64,000 bases of DNA, from NCBI GenBank assembly GCA_963816395.1, contig CAWFKQ010000008.1:1-64000 (forward strand), written 5' to 3'. Below are positions 1-11,722 of this stretch, in pieces (the first letter of the stretch is position 1; every line of letters starts with the position of its first letter). A program made the position numbers and the translations under genes. The stretch is from an uncultured delta proteobacterium (GTDB lineage Bacteria; Desulfobacterota; Desulfuromonadia; Desulfuromonadales; JACZKF01). The notes below the pieces were generated by a model, which searched no databases, was not told the origin of the DNA, and worked only from the letters and a program-made list of their open reading frames with translations.

Positions 1-118
<118 letters not shown>

Positions 119-252
119 CCTTCCTGCCCGGCAACGGGCAAGGCATCCTGCAGATCCGACGAAGCCTAGGCGAAGTCGGAGAACCCGCAAGCCATCAAGT
201 CTGCTATTTAGTTTTGAGAGACCGGAAAAGCCTCTCGGCGCGAGAGGTTTTT

Positions 253-264
253 TGCTCTTTGAGA
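253..264 (+). promoter_or_regulatory. rrn antitermination boxA-like site, preceded by a boxB-like hairpin (226-253)
   Basis: TGCTCTTTGAGA resembles TGCTCTTTAACA; second copy GTTCTTTGACA at ~470-480. Confidence 0.6.
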
Positions 265-288
265 AAGACGGACGTGGAATGTGAATGT

Positions 289-365
289 GGGCTAGTAGCT
301 CAGCTGGCTAGAGCACACGACTGATAATCGTGAGGTCGGAGGTTCGAGTCCTCCCTGGCCCACCA
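289..365 (+). tRNA. tRNA-Ile(GAT)
   Basis: Cloverleaf GGGCTAG...CTGATAA...GGTTCGAGTCC...CCCACCA in the ITS. Confidence 0.97.
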
Positions 366-373
366 GGATTGTC

Positions 374-449
374 GGGGGTGTAGCTCAGTTGGGAGAGCGC
401 CTGCCTTGCACGCAGGAGGCCATCGGTTCGAACCCGTTCACCTCCACCA
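374..449 (+). tRNA. tRNA-Ala(TGC)
   Basis: GGGGGTG...CTTGCAC...GGTTCGAACCC...CACCTCCACCA. Confidence 0.97.
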
Positions 450-580
450 GTTCGTAGATCGAATTTCTCGTTCTTTGACAATTGCATAAGACGATAGATG
501 CACATAAGTAGACACGAAAACAGATGTGTCTACGCAAGTAGTACAAGGTAATAACCGATTCGCTAAAAAAGCTTTTTTAT

Positions 581-3541
<2,961 letters not shown>

Positions 3542-3654
3542 TAAAAAGTTTTTATTGAAGGTGGGGGGAGGATCCCCTCCCCCCTTCCTTCTCATACGAA
3601 TCGGTAACAACGTGCATCGAAACGTCTTAAGCAATTGAAAACCAGATTTACGGT

Positions 3655-3772
3655 TTTCGGTGGCTATAGCGCAGGGGTCACACCTGTTCCCATCCCGAAC
3701 ACAGAAGTTAAGCCCTGCCGCGCCGATGATACTGCACGGGTAACTGTGTGGGAAAGTAGGTCGCCGCCGAAA
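3655..3772 (+). rRNA. rrf: 5S rRNA
   Basis: CCCATCCCGAACACAGAAGTTAAGC core and TTTCGGTGGC/GCCGCCGAAA terminal stem. Confidence 0.97.
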
Positions 3773-3780
3773 TTAAACCA

Positions 3781-3816
3781 GAAAAGCCCGCCTCGCAAGA
3801 GGCGGGCTTTTCGTTT
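3781..3816. terminator. Intrinsic terminator, probably bidirectional (rrn / ntrX)
   Basis: Perfect hairpin GAAAAGCCCGCCTC-GCAA-GAGGCGGGCTTTTC between convergent units. Confidence 0.9.
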
Positions 3817-3872
3817 GGTCCCGGTCACATTTCCGATTGGACCTTCTTTCCTTCCTCGAAGTCTCTTCCTGC

Positions 3873-5249
3873 TCAGCCACTCCCCTTTTTTAGTTCAATG
3901 CCGAAAGATTTTATCTTCCGGTGAAGATTGGAACGTTCAATCTCGATTGCTTCTGCGGTGCGTGAAATGTTCCACTCGTTCTCTTCCAGTTTCTGGAGAA
4001 TAAATTCTTTTTCGAAACCCTCCTTGGCTTCGCGATAGGTAGCCATTTCGGCCGCCGTCGGTGTCGCGGGTCGTACAACTTGCGCCTTGGCGGACCGAAG
4101 CCCAGCCGGGAGATGTTTATCGGTGATAATGTTGTCAGGAGTCATGATCACCAGTCGTTCGATAATATTTTTCAACTCCCGAACATTCCCTGGCCATAAG
4201 TAGGCGGTCATGACTTCTGTGGCCGATGGAGAGAGTGACTTGATTTCCCGGCTTTCTTTGCTGCAGAAGTATTTCAGGAAATGATTGGCAAGGGCCGAGA
4301 TATCTTCCGGGCGCTCACGCAGGGGAGGAACCTGGAAAGGCAGGACATTTAAGCGGTAATAAAGATCTTCGCGGAAATTGCCCTTGCGGATCTCCTCCGG
4401 GAGTTCCTTGTTGGTGGCGGCGATCACCCGAACGTCGACTTCTATGGTCCGGCTGCCGCCGACCCTTTCAAATTTACGCTCCTGGAGGATGCGCAGAACC
4501 TTGGCTTGGGTCTTTAGACTCATGTCGCCGATTTCATCGAGGAACAGGGTCCCTTCGTGAGCCAGGTCGAATTTCCCCTTGCGCTGGGCGGTGGCACCGG
4601 TGAAGGCACCTTTTTCATGGCCAAAAAGTTCCGATTCGATGAGCTCTTCAGGAATGGCGGCGCAATTGACTTCGATGAAAGGTTTGTCATGCCGGTTGGA
4701 CAGGTGGTGGATGGCGCGGGCGACCAATTCCTTGCCGGTGCCGTTTTCACCGGTGATCAGTACCCAGCCTGAAGTTGGAGCCGCGATAGCGATCTGCGCC
4801 TTCAATTCCCGGATGGCCGGGCTGTCGCCAATCATTTCGTACTCTTTACCGATTCTCGCACGCAAGCTGCGATTCTCCTCCACCAGTTGACCGATGCGCA
4901 TGGCATTCTGGATGGTCAGAAGAACTTTCTCCAACGACAGCGGTTTTTCGATAAAATCATAGGCGCCGAGTTTGGTTGCCCTGACCGCTGTCTCAATGGT
5001 GCCGTGACCGCTCATAATAACCACTTGCTGCTCCGGAGATGATTCTTTGATCCGCCGCAGCGTCTCTATCCCGTCCATCCCCGGCATCCAGATATCGAGA
5101 AGAATCAGATCTGGGCTCTCCTCCCGCAGCATTTCCAAACCCTCTTCACCGTTCCGCGCAAACAGGGTGCGAAAACCCTCGTCCTCCAGGATGCCGATAA
5201 GACTTTCCCGGATGCTCTCCTCGTCATCAATGATCAGAATGGTTTTCAC
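3873..5249 (-). CDS. ntrX: Sigma54-dependent response regulator, NtrX-like
   Basis: REC (DIWMP), AAA+ GENGTGKE, GAFTGA, Fis HTH; directly downstream of an NtrY-like kinase. Confidence 0.85.
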   Translation of the reverse strand: MKTILIIDDEESIRESLIGILEDEGFRTLFARNGEEGLEMLREESPDLILLDIWMPGMDGIETLRRIKESSPEQQVVIMSGHGTIETAVRATKLGAYDFIEKPLSLEKVLLTIQNAMRIGQLVEENRSLRARIGKEYEMIGDSPAIRELKAQIAIAAPTSGWVLITGENGTGKELVARAIHHLSNRHDKPFIEVNCAAIPEELIESELFGHEKGAFTGATAQRKGKFDLAHEGTLFLDEIGDMSLKTQAKVLRILQERKFERVGGSRTIEVDVRVIAATNKELPEEIRKGNFREDLYYRLNVLPFQVPPLRERPEDISALANHFLKYFCSKESREIKSLSPSATEVMTAYLWPGNVRELKNIIERLVIMTPDNIITDKHLPAGLRSAKAQVVRPATPTAAEMATYREAKEGFEKEFILQKLEENEWNISRTAEAIEIERSNLHRKIKSFGIELKKGSG

Positions 5250-5276
5250 TTTACCTCTTCTTCCTGCAAAGCAGAA

Positions 5277-7526
5277 TCAGACCTGAATACTGCTGCCGCT
5301 AACCGGCAGTTCAACAATAAACCGGCTTCCCTTTGGCTGGTTATCTTTAACGCGAATATAGCCATTGTGGTCGGAAATAATGGTGGCGACGATCGCCAAC
5401 CCCAGGCCAGTGCCCGATTTTTTGGTGGAGAAATACGGCTCGAACAACCGCTGTTTATCTTCCGGCGGAATGCCGCAGCCGTTGTCGGCAACCGAAAAAA
5501 TAACCATCTGCATCGGCCTGTTGTAGATGGTCTCGACGGAAATCGCGCCTTCACCGTTAGTGGCGCCGACAGCATTGTCCAGCAGATTGATAGCTACCCG
5601 CTTAATCTGGTCTCGGTCCAGGTTGAAAATGGGCACCTGCGGGTCTGGACTGAGAGTAAAGGCTATCTCTTTATGCCCCTCCTGAAAAAGGACCATCGCC
5701 TCGGTCAGAATCTCGTTGAGATTGTTCGGAGCCGGATTGCTCGCCGGCATGCGGGCAAAGCTGGAAAACTCGTTCACCAGGTTCTTCAGCTCGTCAACCT
5801 GCTTGATGATCATCATGGTACATTCATCAAATACCCGGTCGTTGCTGGCGAACTGGTCCAGGTAGCGACGGCGCAGGCGCTGAGCGGAAAGCTGAATCGG
5901 AGTCAGAGGGTTCTTGATTTCGTGGGCGATACGCCGCGCCACTTCGCGCCAGGCGGCCATACGCTGGGCTTTAAGTAGATTGGTCAGGTCATCAAAAACG
6001 ACCACCGTGCCCATGAACTCGCCGGTTTCATCGCGCAAGGTGGTGACATTGACCAGGAGGGTTACTTTACCGTCCTGAATGGGCACCGTGATCTGCTTGT
6101 GAATCGAATCTTTTCCCGAGCTGATCAATTCCTTGAGGAAATCCCTGATCATGGGCAGATGCTCGGCACTGACAACCTGGCGAAAATTTTTCCCGACAAT
6201 TTTTCCAGGCCTTATTTTCAGTAGTAATTCCGCTGACTTGTTAATGGTCGTGAGATTTCCTTGTTTGTCGAGAGAGATGACGCCGGCGGTAACATTTTTA
6301 AGGACGATTTCCATGTAGCGGCGGCGCTGTTCAAGTTCCAGGTTGGAGGTTTGTAATTCTCGGTTGGTCTCCTTGATCGCCTGCTGGCCACGGCGCAGGT
6401 CTGAGGTCATTTGGTTGAAAGCGGCGACCAGTGAGCCAACTTCGTCATCACTTTGAACATTGATATGGACGTCGAGATCCCCTCCGGCTACCCGATTGGT
6501 CGCGACTGCCAGTTCCTGGATGGGAACGGTGATTCCCCGAGCGAGGTGAAAACCGAACCAAGTGGAAAGAAAGATGATCACCAAAGCTATCAGCAGGAGG
6601 ATGACAACATAAGCCTTTTGAATATTTCCCTTAAGAAGCTTGGTGTTTTTGTACTGCTCGAAGGAAGTGGAGATCTCCTTCATCTTATTGACCAATGAGT
6701 AGGGAACATAATAGTTAACAACTACCACCCCTACCACATCGTCGGGTTTCCAGTTGGAGTAGATCGGCACGATACCACGGATGAGGTCAGCTTTGCCGAT
6801 TGGGGTAATACGGGAAAAACGGTTTCCCTGCAGTGCTTCGCGGATGTTGTCGGATCCGGGATCGGTGAATTCAGTGCTGGGAACTTGCGGGTTAGCGGCC
6901 CGGACCAATTCTTCGTAAGTGGATGAAAAAACTTCCACCACCCCCAGGTTGTATTCTTGTTGCTTCTGGTGGATCAATTCGGCTAATCGTGGAAGGTTTT
7001 CCTCATTAAGCAATTTCTGATCTTTGATAATGCGCGAGATCTGTTCACTGTAATACAAGGCGTTGGTTGCCGAGGTCTTGTAATAGGTCTGGGCTACCTC
7101 CAGCGATTCACTCAGTGAGGTCTCGATTTGGTCGCTGAACCAGTTTTCTATGGTGTTGGTGATTATTCCCGCTGAGGCGAAAAAAAGCGAAAGGGTTGGA
7201 ATCAGGGAAAAAGCAACGAATGCAACTACCAGTTTGCTGCGCAGGCGGGCGCCGGGCGTACTACGGCGCTGTTCCAGAATCAGCTTGAAGACATTGCGGA
7301 AAATCAGGAAGAGAAACAGGATGATGAGCAGGATATTGATGTTGATCAGCACAAGAACCAGGACACTGTTGGTCAGCGGCAGGTAGGCGGCAAGATCGAA
7401 CATGTGGTTTTCGAACCGGGAAAAGATGGAAAACAGAAGGACGATCAGGAGAATCAGGAACCATTCCCGGCGGCGCTTGCGGATTTCCGTCTTTTCCGTT
7501 TGCCGGCCGACGGGGTTTATATTCAT
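5277..7526 (-). CDS. ntrY: HAMP/PAS sensor histidine kinase, NtrY-like
   Basis: TM segments, HAMP, PAS, AWREVARRIAHEIKNPLTPIQL H-box, GTGLGL. Confidence 0.88.
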   Translation of the reverse strand: MNINPVGRQTEKTEIRKRRREWFLILLIVLLFSIFSRFENHMFDLAAYLPLTNSVLVLVLININILLIILFLFLIFRNVFKLILEQRRSTPGARLRSKLVVAFVAFSLIPTLSLFFASAGIITNTIENWFSDQIETSLSESLEVAQTYYKTSATNALYYSEQISRIIKDQKLLNEENLPRLAELIHQKQQEYNLGVVEVFSSTYEELVRAANPQVPSTEFTDPGSDNIREALQGNRFSRITPIGKADLIRGIVPIYSNWKPDDVVGVVVVNYYVPYSLVNKMKEISTSFEQYKNTKLLKGNIQKAYVVILLLIALVIIFLSTWFGFHLARGITVPIQELAVATNRVAGGDLDVHINVQSDDEVGSLVAAFNQMTSDLRRGQQAIKETNRELQTSNLELEQRRRYMEIVLKNVTAGVISLDKQGNLTTINKSAELLLKIRPGKIVGKNFRQVVSAEHLPMIRDFLKELISSGKDSIHKQITVPIQDGKVTLLVNVTTLRDETGEFMGTVVVFDDLTNLLKAQRMAAWREVARRIAHEIKNPLTPIQLSAQRLRRRYLDQFASNDRVFDECTMMIIKQVDELKNLVNEFSSFARMPASNPAPNNLNEILTEAMVLFQEGHKEIAFTLSPDPQVPIFNLDRDQIKRVAINLLDNAVGATNGEGAISVETIYNRPMQMVIFSVADNGCGIPPEDKQRLFEPYFSTKKSGTGLGLAIVATIISDHNGYIRVKDNQPKGSRFIVELPVSGSSIQV

Positions 7527-7613
7527 GGACACCTCACCTGCTTTAAGTAACGGAATAGCCGTTGAATTTTAGGCTAAAACGGGGGGGGAATGCAAGGAAG
7601 AGGGTGCGTGGAG

Positions 7614-7642
7614 AAAAAAAAGGCAGCCGTTGCGGGCCGCCT
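7614..7642 (-). terminator. Intrinsic terminator after lpxC
   Basis: Minus strand AGGCGGCC-CGCAAC-GGCTGCCT followed by a T run. Confidence 0.65.
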
Positions 7643-7664
7643 CTGCAACCAGGATGCGAATGAT

Positions 7665-8595
7665 TCAGGCTTCAGAGAGAGCCAAATCGGAAACGAAGCC
7701 CGGAAACCCTGTCTGCAGTGCTTCCTGCAGATCCGATTCGCTGAATTCGACCAGCTTCCAGTACTCGGGCGAAGCCAGGATTTTCCCGACCATCCGGTGA
7801 TTCACATCATGACCCGCTTTGGATGCCTTGATATGGCCGAGGAGGGGATAACCCAACAGGCTGAAGTCGCCAATGCAATCGAGAATCTTATGGCGAACAA
7901 ATTCATCCTGGAAGCGAAGTCCCTCGGGATTGAGAATGCGATCATCGCCGATCACAACGGCGTTTTCCAGCGACCCGCCGCGGGCCAGGCCATTGGCTTT
8001 GAGGTATTCCACCTCACGCAAGAAGCCGAAGGTTCGGGCCGGAGCGATTTCCCGGTGGAAAACTTCCGGGGATAATTTGACCGAACGACTCTGCATCGAA
8101 ATGCATGGGTGATCAAAGGCGATATCGAAGCTGATGCGAAAAAATCTGGAGGGGATCAGGCTGATTCGCTTATCCCCTTCGGCCAGAGTGATCGGTTTGC
8201 GCACGGCTAAGAAATTTCCGGCTGCGTTTAAGGCTGCGTATTCCGGCGCTCTGCAGGAGTTCGACAAAGGGCGCCGCACTGCCATCGAGGACCGGGACTT
8301 CCGGGCCGTCAATATCGATGTGCAGGTTGTCGATGCCGAGGGCGGCAAGAGCGGCCATTAGATGCTCGACCGTGGAGACGGTTAATCCTCCTTTGCCGAG
8401 CACGGTGGCCAGTCGGGTATCGACCACATTCGCCGAAATTGCCTCAATGGAAACCGTGCGATCGCCAGCGGTGCGATGGAAAACAATGCCGGTTCCGGCA
8501 TCGCCCGGGCGCAATGCCAGATTGATCCGTTGGCCTGAGTGAAGACCAATGCCGGAGAGCAGGACCGGATGGGCAATACTACATTGAAAAATCAT
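7665..8595 (-). CDS. lpxC: UDP-3-O-acyl-N-acetylglucosamine deacetylase (one frameshift near 8200-8230, likely sequencing error)
   Basis: GIGLHSG, TVEHLMAAL, ARTFGF, RHKILD and GH motifs split over two overlapping ORFs. Confidence 0.93.
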
Positions 8596-8636
8596 GGACG
8601 ACAGAATCCTCCCTTTAAAGCCCGCGTTACGAGTCA

Positions 8637-8652
8637 TGCAAAGAGTTTGCCA
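8637..8652 (-). promoter_or_regulatory. Sigma54 -24/-12 promoter of lpxC
   Basis: TGGCAAACTCTTTGCA (GG-N10-GC) about 40 nt upstream of the ATG; IHF-like TTTCAGCATCTTA at 8669-8681. Confidence 0.8.
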
Positions 8653-8771
8653 GGCTTTTAATTAAGGGTAAGATGCTGAAATAGCTAGGTAAATTCTATC
8701 AGAAAAGTGGGAAAAAGGAAGGCTGTTGCAGATATGCAAGCGGCAAGGTGTGTTGTTTGCGCCACAAGACC

Positions 8772-10463
8772 TTAAAGCCGGCCTGAACGCAGGATGGCAA
8801 TCGCCAGCCACAGACCGAGGAAGGCGGCAATGGAATAGCCTAGGAAGCCGAGAATAGGGAAGCCGAAGAGCATAGGTCCCTTGTTGGTCTGCATGATCAG
8901 CGATGAACCAACGATCAGGGAAGCGATCAACATGCTGAAAGAGAGACGGTTGCTCGATTTATCAAGATCGATGATGAGTTTTTCCAGCCCCCGGTGTTCC
9001 AGGTCAATCTTGAACTTGTTGCGGTTGATCCGGTTTATGAATTCCTTGAGATCTCCTGGAAAATTCCTGGCCAGGGCAGCGTAAGATTGAATGGTGCGGA
9101 GGAATTCTCGCGACAGATTGACTGGATTCATTTTCTCCCGCACGAGGGTTTCCATAAAAGGTTTCATATGGGAGATCATGTTGAATTCCGGATCAAGCTG
9201 ACGGCCGATACCCTCCATGGTGACCAGGGCTTTGGCCAACAGCATCAGGTCGGAGGGGAACCGGATGTGGTAATTGGTCAGGATCGCAATGAATTCTGTG
9301 AGGAGCCGGCCGGTGTTGATCTCCTGCAAGGGGAGTTCGTAATAGTCCTCGATAAACTCGGAAAGATCTCGCTTCAACTGCTGGGTCGGGATCTCCTCAG
9401 CCAGTTCACTGGAGAAAAGCAGGTGATGCATAACTCGGTCGACATCCCGCTGCAGGATCGCGACGATCAGATCGATCAGTTGGAATTTCAGTTCCTCGGT
9501 GAGCCGACCGACCATCCCATAGTCAAGAAAACAGACGCGGTTTCCTTCTAGAATATAGATATTGCCTGGGTGCGGATCACCGTGGAAAAAACCGTGGACC
9601 AGCACCTGCTTGAGAATGGCGTCGGCACCATGGTGGGCAATGGCCCTGAGATCGAATCCGGCGGCGTTCAGACGATCGATTTCGGAGATCTTGATGCCAT
9701 GCACGCATTCCATGGTGAGTACCGTCTCACCGGTGAAGGACCAGAAGACTTTTGGGACATAGACGGTATCATCGGTGGCAAAATTAATGGCGAAGCGATC
9801 GATGGTCCGTCCTTCCCGGGCGAAATCCATCTCCCGATTGATGGTTCGCTTGAACTCCTTGACCAGAGCCATGGGATTGTAGATGCGGGAGGCGGGGATA
9901 TGGCTCTCAATCAGGTAAGCCAGGCCGGTGAGGATGTCAAGGTCGGTCGTTACAATCTGGGCAATGCCCGGGCGCCGGACCTTGATCACCACTTCTTCGC
10001 CGCTGCGCAGGCGCCCCTGATGCACTTGGGCTATAGAGGCGGCGGCCATCGGGACAGGCGAAAAATCGGCGAAGATCTCCTCGACCGGATAGCCTAACTC
10101 CTTTTGGACCTGCGCGCGGATTGTTTCCGCCGGCAGCGAAGGGACTTTGTCCTGCAGTTTCTGGAATTCTTCAATGTAATCAGCAGGAAGAACGTCGGGA
10201 CGGGTGGAGAGGATCTGACCCAGCTTGATAAAGGTCGGTCCGAGTTCCTCCATGGCCAGACGCAGGCGAACCGGTTGGGTCAGCCGTTCTATCTCCTTGT
10301 GGGCGGTGCCCAGGGTGACGATGCGCCGGCCCAGTTCAAGGTAATAACTGATGTTCAGTTGCTCGACGATATGGCCGAAACCGTACTTGATCAGGATGCC
10401 GAGAATATTACGGTAGCGGCGGATCGCCCGGATGTTGCGGTTGATCCGTGAAAAGGTCAACAT
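8772..10463 (-). CDS. ABC1/UbiB-family atypical kinase
   Basis: LGPTFIKLGQ, AASIAQVH, FFHGDPHPGN, LDYGM; C-terminal TM helices. Confidence 0.92.
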   Translation of the reverse strand: MLTFSRINRNIRAIRRYRNILGILIKYGFGHIVEQLNISYYLELGRRIVTLGTAHKEIERLTQPVRLRLAMEELGPTFIKLGQILSTRPDVLPADYIEEFQKLQDKVPSLPAETIRAQVQKELGYPVEEIFADFSPVPMAAASIAQVHQGRLRSGEEVVIKVRRPGIAQIVTTDLDILTGLAYLIESHIPASRIYNPMALVKEFKRTINREMDFAREGRTIDRFAINFATDDTVYVPKVFWSFTGETVLTMECVHGIKISEIDRLNAAGFDLRAIAHHGADAILKQVLVHGFFHGDPHPGNIYILEGNRVCFLDYGMVGRLTEELKFQLIDLIVAILQRDVDRVMHHLLFSSELAEEIPTQQLKRDLSEFIEDYYELPLQEINTGRLLTEFIAILTNYHIRFPSDLMLLAKALVTMEGIGRQLDPEFNMISHMKPFMETLVREKMNPVNLSREFLRTIQSYAALARNFPGDLKEFINRINRNKFKIDLEHRGLEKLIIDLDKSSNRLSFSMLIASLIVGSSLIMQTNKGPMLFGFPILGFLGYSIAAFLGLWLAIAILRSGRL

Positions 10464-10792
10464 CAGCGATCAGGGACGGCCGGCGGGGGGCTGGTCAGTT
10501 CCTGCAGCCGCTGCTCCAGTATCAGTAACCGCTGGCGCACCTTGTCGAACTCCTCGGCGGTAACCAATCCCATGCGAGCACATGACTTGCGGACCTCTTC
10601 CCGGGCCAGCTCTTCAAGCTTTTGCTGGTTTTCCCGAGCGGCGGCATCCAGTTTGGTGAATAATTCTTTCCCCTTCTCTTCACTCAGGTTGAACTGCTTC
10701 TGTAACTCGCTGATCAGCTCTTCACTTTTCTGACGAGTGAGGGAAAGGGCACCGATGCCGGCAAGCAGGCTCTTTTCGATCAGTTCGAACAT
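10463..10792 (-). CDS. Phasin/PhaF-like coiled-coil protein
   Basis: LLAGIGALSLT N-terminus and LVTAEEFD motif; overlaps the start of the UbiB-family gene. Confidence 0.7.
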   Translation of the reverse strand: MFELIEKSLLAGIGALSLTRQKSEELISELQKQFNLSEEKGKELFTKLDAAARENQQKLEELAREEVRKSCARMGLVTAEEFDKVRQRLLILEQRLQELTSPPPAVPDR

Positions 10793-10910
10793 CGCATTTC
10801 TCCTATTATGGAAGTTATTTTAGGTAGTTGAATCTTATCACAGGCGCTCTCGCTTGGAAACCTTCCCGTGCCGGAGGATGTGTGGTCCCCCTTTGCTACC
10901 GCGCGCGACC

Positions 10911-11120
10911 TCAGCGGCGAAAAAGCCAGATGAGGAGAGACAGCAGAATCGAGATGAGAAGGCCGGTGGTGAAGGGAAAATAGAAGGAGAAATTTCCCCT
11001 CTCGATACGGATGTCCCCCGGTAAGCGGCCGATAAAGGGGATTCTGCCGGCGACGATGAAAAGCAGACCGGCAGCAATCAGGAGAAGACCGGCAATGATC
11101 AGGATCTTGCCGACAGGCAT
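10911..11120 (-). CDS. DUF2905 small membrane protein
   Basis: GRLPGDI...FYFPFTT signature. Confidence 0.85.
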   Translation of the reverse strand: MPVGKILIIAGLLLIAAGLLFIVAGRIPFIGRLPGDIRIERGNFSFYFPFTTGLLISILLSLLIWLFRR

Positions 11121-11123
11121 GAC

Positions 11124-11663
11124 TCAGTTCCGGCAGCCTGGATAGTAGCGTTCTTTCTCGGAAAAAATGCAGCCGCAATACTGCTGACGGTAAAGCCCCA
11201 TAGCCTTGGAAGTTTCGATCCCCTGCCGCCAGCCCTGGCGGAAGTCCTGGTAGATAAAGCAGGTACCGTACTGGGCCGCCAGCTTTTCGCCATAGTCGCG
11301 GATTTTTTCGTGCTGCTGATACCGGGAATAGAGCAGTGAGGTGGAGAAGCCTTCGAAACCCTCATCGGCGGCAGTACGGGCAGTCATTTCCAGTCGCGAG
11401 CGGTAGCAGTAATCGCAGCGCAGAGGCGGTTGTGGAACCACCTGGGAGAGGAACTCTTCCAGCAAGTACTCTTCCCGATAGATTACCGGCAGCTCGACCC
11501 GGCTGGCGTAATCCTTCAGGGTATCGAGACGACGCTTGAACTCCAGATAGGGATGGATGTTGTGATTGTAAAAGTAACCGGTGACCTGGTGATTTTGCTC
11601 ACGCAGTACCTTGATCGGGTAAATGCCGCAATTGGCGCAGCAGATGTGAAGGAGAATTCGCAT
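11124..11663 (-). CDS. queH: Epoxyqueuosine reductase QueH (DUF208)
   Basis: LLHICCANC, NIHP, CDYCY, YRQQYCGCIFS. Confidence 0.9.
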   Translation of the reverse strand: MRILLHICCANCGIYPIKVLREQNHQVTGYFYNHNIHPYLEFKRRLDTLKDYASRVELPVIYREEYLLEEFLSQVVPQPPLRCDYCYRSRLEMTARTAADEGFEGFSTSLLYSRYQQHEKIRDYGEKLAAQYGTCFIYQDFRQGWRQGIETSKAMGLYRQQYCGCIFSEKERYYPGCRN

Positions 11664-11722
11664 AACTCTACCCTTTCTGAAAGATCTTATTATAATCGAT
11701 TCCAGTCGAAGTTGAAGTTTTT

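Noticed and set aside
7665..8595. lpxC and other split genes as true pseudogenes or programmed frameshifts
   Set aside because: Motifs are intact, indels are scattered across unrelated genes and no consistent slippery site was seen; sequencing error is more parsimonious
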